DNA from: Candidatus Hermodarchaeota archaeon
GTDB lineage: Archaea; Asgardarchaeota; Lokiarchaeia; Sigyniarchaeales; SOKP01
DNA length: 15,306 nt
NCBI GenBank assembly: GCA_048885535.1
Contig: JBHLLO010000037.1
Location: 11,475 to 26,780 of the forward strand
Direction: 5' to 3'
The notes below the pieces were generated by a model, which worked only from the letters and a program-made list of their open reading frames with translations, had not been told where the DNA came from and made no database searches. Each line of letters starts with the position of its first letter. Within the stretch, counting starts at the first letter, position 1. Both the position numbers and the translations under genes were made by a program. Shown one piece after another: positions 8,672 to 15,306 of the stretch.

Positions 8672-8814
8672 TAAAGAAGAGTTCTAAATTGTAATTTTTA
8701 TTTAAATATGTCAATATTTTAGTAAATTTTTGCAAAAGAAATTTATAGCATAAGATAATCTTTTTTTTTATAGAATATATTTATATTTTATTTTTATTAT
8801 CTCAAAGCTTAGAT

Positions 8815-8820
8815 AGGTGA
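8815..8820 (+). promoter_or_regulatory. Archaeal-type ribosome binding site (AGGTGA)
   Basis: AGGTGA lies 5 nt before the TTG at 8826, supporting the non-ATG start. Confidence 0.7.
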
Positions 8821-8825
8821 ATTAG

Positions 8826-9788
8826 TTGTCAATCCAATATTTAACTAAGAAAAAGGAAGAAAAACCTGATGAACCTTCTAAGATACTTTTTACTGGATTA
8901 GATTATGCTGGAAAAACAACAATAATTAAAGGGTTGCAACGAGAATTTTCTAAAATTGCTCTACTTAAACCGACAAGAGGAGCACAAAGACGCATATTCG
9001 AATTTTTAGGGAGAGACATAGCAGAATGGGACCTTGGTGGACAAGTGAGTTATCGAATTGCTTACTTAAAAAATCCGGGAAAATATTTTGATGGTACTGA
9101 AGTCGCAATATATGTAATAGATATACAAAGTAAGAGTAGATTTTCGGAAGCAATAAGTTATTTTAAAGATGTAGTAGAACAATTCAAAAAACTGGGAATT
9201 AGTCCCCCCATATATGTATTTCTCCACAAATACGATCCAGCACTAAAACGAAATGCTCCCAATGAATTAAAGGCTTTGGAAGCAGAAATAAAGGAAAAAA
9301 TAAAAAGTCTTGTTGATTATAAGAAGGTTTATTATTATAACACATCGATTTATGACTTAGCTTCAATAATCAAGGCAATGTCTGAAATTTTGTTGAATCT
9401 TTATCCGAAAGCAGACCTAATTGAAAAAACAGTATTTCAGTTTGCTGAAAAAGTCAACTCAGAAGGAGTTGTGATTCTTGATGACAATTCTCTGATTGTT
9501 GGGGCTTATTATAAGAATGATGAAGCTCGTAATTTATTATCTGCTTCGACTCCTTATTTCCTAGCTTTAAACGATAATTTACAATTCACAGAGGTCTTAC
9601 CTGGAAAGGAATATGATGAGAGTAAAATGGTTATTCAAAGGTTTGGAAGGAATTTTATATTTAAACAATTATCATTAAGGGAAGGTAGCCCTCCGTACTA
9701 CTTAGTAATGTTGAAGCAAGATCCTAACATACTTAGGGAAGACTTTGATACTTTCTCCAATTTATTAAAAGAACTTCTTTATAAATAA
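8826..9788 (+). CDS. Rag/Gtr-like small GTPase with C-terminal roadblock-like domain
   Basis: G1 GLDYAGKT, G2 PT, G3 WDLGGQ, Rag-type G4 HKYD and G5 TSIYD. The following LYPKADLIEKTVFQFAEKVNSEGVVILDDNSLIVG resembles the start of the Rag C-terminal roadblock domain. Confidence 0.9.
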   Translation: MSIQYLTKKKEEKPDEPSKILFTGLDYAGKTTIIKGLQREFSKIALLKPTRGAQRRIFEFLGRDIAEWDLGGQVSYRIAYLKNPGKYFDGTEVAIYVIDIQSKSRFSEAISYFKDVVEQFKKLGISPPIYVFLHKYDPALKRNAPNELKALEAEIKEKIKSLVDYKKVYYYNTSIYDLASIIKAMSEILLNLYPKADLIEKTVFQFAEKVNSEGVVILDDNSLIVGAYYKNDEARNLLSASTPYFLALNDNLQFTEVLPGKEYDESKMVIQRFGRNFIFKQLSLREGSPPYYLVMLKQDPNILREDFDTFSNLLKELLYK

Positions 9789-9911
9789 TATTATTTTTTA
9801 TTTAAGCCAATTAGTCTAATTTTGAATCTTTGTATTAAATAAGATTAATTAGATTGAATTTTTATTAATATATTACATACTATCAAAAAATATAATGTTG
9901 AGTATAAGTTA

Positions 9912-10850
9912 ATGATAATATGTTCAAACTGTGGTACAACAAATCCATCTAATGAACGAATATGCAGAACATGTGGAGCACTTCTACCAGTTTCAAGTAA
10001 GGCTCCACGTATAAAGATTGGAGGCGAAAAGAAGACTTCTAAATCAACCAAATCCAAGACTCCATCTAGTAAGCAAGAAAAGTTTAGCGAAATATCGCCA
10101 CTAGATCTTCAAGAAATACCAACAGAATATAATGACACAGAATTAGAAGAAAATGAAATACAAAATTCGCAAGAACTTTTAGACCTAGGGGAAGAGAAAG
10201 AAATTTTAAAGGAAATTACTCCAAAACCGTTTAAAGGTTCAATTATTGCTTCAAAAGCAGTATTTGGAACTCCAGTTAAGAAAAAACCTAAAAAAATTCC
10301 ACAAGAACGGGATAAAAGTCTAGAATCTACATTAATGAAGCAAAAGCAATTAGAGGAAGATATGACAAAAGTCCTTAAATTTCTTTCCAAAAAAGTCACA
10401 GTTGAAAAATTACCTTCAGAGAAGAAGAAAGAGGAGGAGAAAACAAAGCAAGAAGTAATTTCGCCATCAAGTATGAATGAAATTTTAAAGGAATTATTGA
10501 AACTTGATTTACACATTGAAGCATCGGCAATTATAAAAAGTGACGGAACGATCCTTGCGTCTGCGATTTCATCTCGTATATCTGATTCTTTATTTGCAAC
10601 AATTGGTCAAAGTCTTTCTTTGATTGGAATGGATATAATTGAAAGTCTAAGTGCAGGTAAACTTTTAAACATATCACTAAGAGGTACAAATGGAGTTTTA
10701 GATTTAGCACCTATAGATACAAAAATACCAAAATTTAACGATATGATTTTAGTAATCCTTTCTAATCCAAAAGTTAAGAGTGGAATTATTCATTTTGCAG
10801 CAAATATAGTTAAAAAGCAAGTAAAAGAATATTTAGGATTTTCAAAATAA
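9912..10850 (+). CDS. Zinc ribbon, charged low-complexity linker and roadblock/LC7 (MglB/LAMTOR-like) domain protein
   Basis: N-terminal CSNC-x10-CRTCG; K/E/S/P-rich linker of about 160 aa; C-terminal ~125 aa with IEASAIIKSDGTILAS...GKLLNISLRGTNG...ILVIL...SGIIHF, matching the roadblock pattern. Confidence 0.87.
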   Translation: MIICSNCGTTNPSNERICRTCGALLPVSSKAPRIKIGGEKKTSKSTKSKTPSSKQEKFSEISPLDLQEIPTEYNDTELEENEIQNSQELLDLGEEKEILKEITPKPFKGSIIASKAVFGTPVKKKPKKIPQERDKSLESTLMKQKQLEEDMTKVLKFLSKKVTVEKLPSEKKKEEEKTKQEVISPSSMNEILKELLKLDLHIEASAIIKSDGTILASAISSRISDSLFATIGQSLSLIGMDIIESLSAGKLLNISLRGTNGVLDLAPIDTKIPKFNDMILVILSNPKVKSGIIHFAANIVKKQVKEYLGFSK

Positions 10851-11648
10851 TTAAATAACTTGCTTTTGAATAGACATCTTATTTATTTTAATATTCCTAA
10901 AATGTGATAAATGTAATTTTAAATCTTGCAGAAAGGAATTTAATTTATAAATTGAAACTAATGGTACTAAATTTTCATTAACTCTCAACCAATTTTCTTC
11001 GAATGTGACTAGGAGAGGGATAATGATTAATGGTAATTTAATTTTTGAATAAGTTTTCGGACCAATAAGAGAATGAATTAAGTTTGAAAGAATTTCAGGA
11101 TTTTTTTTTAGGATTATTGCCCTTTGATATTGTTTATTTGCTGCTTTGTTAAGCGCGCTGTATACATCTCTTTTTTTCCATTGCTTTGCATCAATTAGAA
11201 GGAGATAATCATATTTCCATCCAACTACATCAATTTCATATTTGGTTTGTTTCGTTTTTTTTCTGTAGTATGTTCTATCTGAAAATCTAAAATTTTTTAT
11301 TGTATTATAATTATGTTTTGTAAGAATTTCTTGGATTAGTTGTTCAAAACCATTAAAGTCAATTAAATTAGATAATTTTTTGATGTCAAATTCTAGAACT
11401 TGAATTGCTTCAATAATGAATAAGATTTTATTGATAGAATAAAAATTCGTGTAAGATCCCTTTTGTTTTGAAATAAATTCGAAATTATTAATCAAATTTT
11501 CTAATTTTAATTCATCAAATTCTTTTAAAAAATTAATTTCATACGTCTCACACCATATCTCAATTGCATCTTTAGCTGATTTTAAAAGAATATGATAAAT
11601 CTCAGTAAAAAAGTCTTTTAAAGATAGATCTAAAGATTGATTTAGCAT
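10851..11648 (-). CDS. PD-(D/E)XK restriction-endonuclease-like protein (Mrr/NERD-like)
   Basis: FEQLIQEIL (motif I), EIDVVG (motif II) and LIDAKQW (motif III), after a helical N-terminal extension of about 95 aa. Its stop abuts the stop of 9912..10850. Confidence 0.78.
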   Translation of the reverse strand: MLNQSLDLSLKDFFTEIYHILLKSAKDAIEIWCETYEINFLKEFDELKLENLINNFEFISKQKGSYTNFYSINKILFIIEAIQVLEFDIKKLSNLIDFNGFEQLIQEILTKHNYNTIKNFRFSDRTYYRKKTKQTKYEIDVVGWKYDYLLLIDAKQWKKRDVYSALNKAANKQYQRAIILKKNPEILSNLIHSLIGPKTYSKIKLPLIIIPLLVTFEENWLRVNENLVPLVSIYKLNSFLQDLKLHLSHFRNIKINKMSIQKQVI

Positions 11649-11812
11649 ATGAATATTTCTTAATGAGGGTAAAATAAATTTAAGAGACTTTAAGAATTAT
11701 GATTTTGAATTCAATTTTTCTATTTAGTACATAATTTAATTAAATTATTGTAAATTTTATGTCTTAGGGACTTACCTCTCTTATTATTTAAGAATTAATT
11801 GGATTATTTAAA

Positions 11813-13648
11813 TTGAAAATGAGTCAAAATAGATCATATTTAAAGAAATTAATGCCAAAGGTATTTAGGACTGAAGGAGATGTTGTATCTTTTGATCCTA
11901 ATATAATCGAACAGAGTTTAATAAAAGAAACAGGACTGGATAAACATATTGCTGGAAAGATAACTGAGCTAGTAGTACGAAGGATTATATCTTCGGGAAT
12001 AAAATTTCTCTCTGGTCCACACATAAGAGAAATTGTATGTTCTATTTTATCTGAACAACATTACGAAGAAGAGCGTAAATTATATACTAGAATTGGAATG
12101 CCTTTAATGGATTATGAGGAAATTCTTGAGAAAAACTTTAAAAGTAGTCTGGACGAAGTTGTTAATCCAGATAAAATCCATCATATAGCCGCTAATCAGT
12201 TAGCAGAGGAATACTCCCTTTTGAGAGTATTATCAGATGAAGAAGCTCATGCTCATTTGTATGGTGATATTTATATTCATCATTTGAAATACTTTGATTT
12301 AAGGCCTTATTCAGAGGTATGGGATGCGAGAATGATTTTAAAATATGGATTGCCACCAGTAAAAAATTGGAACTTCAGCTCTAGATTAGGTCCAGCAAAA
12401 AACTTATTAGATGCGACTTATCAGCTTGCTCAATGGTTAGGTTTTGTTCAAAGTGAATTTAGTAGTGAGCAGAAACTCGAACATTTAACAGTTTTTTTGG
12501 CGCCATATGTTAAAGGTATATCAGATAATGAAATTGCGAATATTTTAAGAAATTTTATCTACAAAATTGATCAATTAACTATGATTACAGCAAAAAATAC
12601 ATCAAAAACTTCAATTTCTTGCGCTCCTTCAATAACACAACCCCTTTGGAACCTTTCGGCTATTACACCGAATGGAGAAGAATCAGGAGTTTATGGTGAT
12701 TATCAAGTAGAATGTTTGAAAATCTTTGAAATCTTAAGTTCTATATTTATGAAAGGAGATTACAATAACAATTGTTTTTTATATCCTAACCATATTGTAT
12801 TCTTTAATGATAAATTACTGCAGAAGTATAAGGAATCCTATTTTCAAGTATTTAATGAAGCTCTGAAAACTAAAAATCTTTACTTCATTAATTCCTGCCC
12901 TAATTGGGTTAAAAAGTCATATTTTGAATATGGTACTAAGTTCAATAATCATGGAATACTCCAAAAAGTATCTTTAAATCTACCACGAATAGCTTATAAG
13001 GAGAAGGATGAGGATAAATTTTTAGAAAATTTAGGTAGCCTAATGAGACTAACTTCTGGAATCTTAAAGAAGAAAGTAGACATAATCCAGAAGAGATTAA
13101 AGACAAGTCATCTTCCACTTTGTAGTAATTTAAACAGAGAATTTTTATTCAATTTAGAAAATCAAAAGTTATGTATTGGATTTGTAGGATTAAGCGAAAC
13201 TTTAAAACTCTTAACAAATTTAGATTTTTCTGAGCTATTAAATGCATTCAATTTAGCTCAAAAAATAATAACTGAAATGAAGAAGTTTTGTATAGAAAAT
13301 TCAAGTGAATTAAATCCATTTTGCATAACTGGTAACTCGTCAAATAAGGCTTTAAGCCGTTTTGCTCGATTAGATAAAAAACATTTTAGTAAAGATGCAA
13401 TTCCTCATTTTGATGGAAAAAATTTAGTTTATTCAGCATCCTATCAACTGACTAAAAACCTTAAAATACCCCTTTTAGAGCGTGTCAATAAACATGGAAT
13501 TTTTCATTCAATAATTCAAAATGATACCATTGAACAGATATCTCTTAGTAAATATAATAAGGAATTGAGTAATGCTCAACAAATTTATGATTTTCTTAGA
13601 AGAATCTGTGAGACATCTCAAATTTCATATCTCAAAATTATTGAATAG
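11813..13648 (+). CDS. ATP-cone-containing class III ribonucleotide reductase (NrdD)-like protein, C-terminally truncated, probably catalytically inactive
   Basis: ATP cone (KVFRTEGDVVSFDPNIIEQSLIKETGL...IREIV) and NrdD core motifs AHLYGDIYIHHL, GPAKNL, VSLNLPRIAY, IGFVGLSE and RFARLD. No C-terminal CxxC..CxxC and no RxxGY glycyl-radical loop. The start is TTG 11813 or ATG 11819. Confidence 0.85.
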   Translation: MKMSQNRSYLKKLMPKVFRTEGDVVSFDPNIIEQSLIKETGLDKHIAGKITELVVRRIISSGIKFLSGPHIREIVCSILSEQHYEEERKLYTRIGMPLMDYEEILEKNFKSSLDEVVNPDKIHHIAANQLAEEYSLLRVLSDEEAHAHLYGDIYIHHLKYFDLRPYSEVWDARMILKYGLPPVKNWNFSSRLGPAKNLLDATYQLAQWLGFVQSEFSSEQKLEHLTVFLAPYVKGISDNEIANILRNFIYKIDQLTMITAKNTSKTSISCAPSITQPLWNLSAITPNGEESGVYGDYQVECLKIFEILSSIFMKGDYNNNCFLYPNHIVFFNDKLLQKYKESYFQVFNEALKTKNLYFINSCPNWVKKSYFEYGTKFNNHGILQKVSLNLPRIAYKEKDEDKFLENLGSLMRLTSGILKKKVDIIQKRLKTSHLPLCSNLNREFLFNLENQKLCIGFVGLSETLKLLTNLDFSELLNAFNLAQKIITEMKKFCIENSSELNPFCITGNSSNKALSRFARLDKKHFSKDAIPHFDGKNLVYSASYQLTKNLKIPLLERVNKHGIFHSIIQNDTIEQISLSKYNKELSNAQQIYDFLRRICETSQISYLKIIE

Positions 13649-13711
13649 GGTTAAAAGATTTATAAGTAAGAAAACTATGTTTGATATATTAGAAGAATTG
13701 GGAATTGTAAA

Positions 13712-15124
13712 ATGAATGGTCCTAATGCAACTATCATAAAAGCTGTCGTTTTGAGTTTTTTTGATGAGGAAGGACCGACTGCAAAAATTTTTTGGCCTGA
13801 AGATATGGAAGAGTCTGCTCGGTTATTAGTTGCTATGAAAACGATTAGTCTCTTAATGGGAGATGCGGTCTATCAAAATGGGACTGAAATAGAAGGTGTT
13901 AATTATTTTGGTATTTTACCATTCCCAGATTTAAAAATGAACGGATTAACCTATTTCTTTTTAATACCAGATGCAAAAGCGCGTGGAAATGCCACAGCCG
14001 CAACTATTACGTGTTTAATTGATGAAGAAAATAAAATATTCTTCTACGAAAATATGAAATATTTAAGAATAATAATTGATAAAGCGGCTTCAAGAATCCA
14101 ATTATCAAAAGAAGTTGAAAATAATAAACTTATTATTGAAGATCTAAGGGAAGAATTATTTGAATTCGGTAGCAAAATAAAAGATCCATTATCTATTAAA
14201 AAAGTGCTAAAAATTTTGTTCGTAGGTTTAGATCGCGCAGGAAAATCTAGCTTCTTATTGGGTGTAAGGAAAAAATATTCTGAGATCATTAAAGCATTGC
14301 CTACTAAAGGAGTTGCAAGAACAGAAGAGAAAATATTTGAAGAACAGAATTCGACAATCTCGATCTGGGATTTAGGTGGACAATTAAAATATCGAGAAAA
14401 ATATCTTGAGCAAAGTAAGTTATACCTCTATAATGTTGATTTACTCTTTTACTTTATTGATATCCAAGATATAAAAAGAAATGAAGAAACAATTACATTG
14501 TTTAAAAAGGTTTTAGATTCTCTAAGACAATTAAATGAATTTCCACCTATTGTTATTTGCTTAAATAAATTTGATCCTGATTTAAAGAAATCAAAAAGTA
14601 TCAAAAAAAATATCAAATATCTTGAACAAGAAATTTTAGAAAGCTCACCTAACTTCTTTTTAAAGATTTTTCATACTTCAATCTTTGATCATTATTCTTT
14701 AATCTCAGCTTATTCCTATGGACTCTCACAACTTAGTCCAAACCGAGAATTGTTTGAAAATCAATTAAAATTTTTAGCTAAAAAGACAAAATCTGATGCT
14801 ATTTTACTACTTAATGATAATGGTATAATTTTATCAAATTATTCGCAATCAGAAATTTCTGAAAAGGTATTTGAAATCTCTGCCCCTCACTTTCAAACTC
14901 TTTATAAAACGTTTAAAGAGTTTAAATTACTAAAACAAGATTTCATTATTACATCAGGTATAACAGAGGAGGAAAAGAAAATTATTTTCAAAAAAATTGA
15001 AGTAGATAAATATAAGTTATATTTACTTCTATTTATGGAAGAATTTGAAAGTGTTAAAAAAATTGAAAAGCATTTACCAAAATTTATTAAGAATGTCAGA
15101 GAATTAATCCAAACTTACATTTAA
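13712..15124 (+). CDS. Tripartite protein: folliculin/SMCR8-like longin domain with DxxARG motif, Arf/Rag-like small GTPase, C-terminal roadblock-like domain
   Basis: N-terminal VVLSFFDEEGP and YFFLIPDAKARG. G1 GLDRAGKS (aa 172-179), G2 PT, G3 WDLGGQ, G4 NKFD, G5 TSIFD. C-terminus LSPNRELFENQLKFL...AILLLNDNGIILS is roadblock-like. Confidence 0.9.
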   Translation: MNGPNATIIKAVVLSFFDEEGPTAKIFWPEDMEESARLLVAMKTISLLMGDAVYQNGTEIEGVNYFGILPFPDLKMNGLTYFFLIPDAKARGNATAATITCLIDEENKIFFYENMKYLRIIIDKAASRIQLSKEVENNKLIIEDLREELFEFGSKIKDPLSIKKVLKILFVGLDRAGKSSFLLGVRKKYSEIIKALPTKGVARTEEKIFEEQNSTISIWDLGGQLKYREKYLEQSKLYLYNVDLLFYFIDIQDIKRNEETITLFKKVLDSLRQLNEFPPIVICLNKFDPDLKKSKSIKKNIKYLEQEILESSPNFFLKIFHTSIFDHYSLISAYSYGLSQLSPNRELFENQLKFLAKKTKSDAILLLNDNGIILSNYSQSEISEKVFEISAPHFQTLYKTFKEFKLLKQDFIITSGITEEEKKIIFKKIEVDKYKLYLLLFMEEFESVKKIEKHLPKFIKNVRELIQTYI

Positions 15125-15158
15125 TCCTATATAATCTTTAAATAAAAAAAAATTGTTT

Positions 15159-15306
15159 TTAGTAATAGCCTTCTTCCATCTTTTTTTTTGTCCTCTTTTT
15201 ATTTCTTCTACTAATGACTATAACCAAAATTATAATTGAAACTAATCCTACAATTGTCCCTACAATTATAACAATTGCTAATAAATTCAAAGGTGAGCTT
15301 GTGGAT
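15159..15306 (-). CDS. C-terminal end of a membrane-anchored (probably surface) protein; runs off the right edge
   Basis: Not in the ORF track. Manual translation from 15305 gives STSSPLNLLAIVIIVGTIVGLVSIIILVIVISRRNKKRTKKKMEEGYY*, with stop TAA at 15161-15159: Ser/Thr linker, TM helix, basic tail. Confidence 0.8.
   Translation of the reverse strand, partial: STSSPLNLLAIVIIVGTIVGLVSIIILVIVISRRNKKRTKKKMEEGYY

Noticed and set aside
8478-8735. 85-aa minus-strand ORF
   Set aside because: Antisense to 8414..8671, which has the RBS and operon context.
9783-9799. 14-bp palindrome AAATAATATTATTT plus T-run at the GTPase stop
   Set aside because: All A/T in an AT-rich genome, so plausibly chance; it could be a terminator but this is unsupported.
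8965-10516. Minus-strand ORFs 8965..9153, 9845..10057 and 10109..10516
   Set aside because: Antisense shadows of the GTPase and roadblock genes; Phe/Ser richness mirrors Lys/Glu codons on the coding strand.
11813-13711. Calling this a functional nrdD or a frameshifted pseudogene
   Set aside because: The glycyl-radical motif is absent and the 63-bp downstream gap cannot encode the missing domain; the ORF itself is uninterrupted.
11824-14289. Minus-strand ORFs 11824..12024 and 14044..14289
   Set aside because: Antisense shadows of the NrdD-like and GTPase genes.

Overview
AT-rich, gene-dense chromosomal window with 12 complete and 2 edge-truncated CDSs. No rRNA, tRNA, CRISPR array or mobile element was seen. 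The gene content (three Arf/Rag-like small GTPases fused to roadblock domains, a separate roadblock protein, an archaeosortase, an MtrH homologue, a GGTGA-type RBS) points to an Asgard archaeon, probably Lokiarchaeia (inference). The main signal is a candidate Rag/Ragulator/FLCN-like signalling set. 13712..15124 fuses a folliculin/SMCR8-like longin domain, carrying the D-x-x-A-R-G arginine-finger motif, to a Rag-like GTPase and roadblock domain. Its paralog 3107..4603 has the same architecture but Glu at the Arg position and a degenerate G4. 8826..9788 is a plain Rag-like GTPase followed by a zinc-ribbon-roadblock gene. Directly upstream of the Arg-finger GTPase is an NrdD paralog that keeps its ATP cone but lacks the glycyl-radical C-terminus. 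All family calls come from motif recognition by eye and recalled reference sequences; no searches were run.
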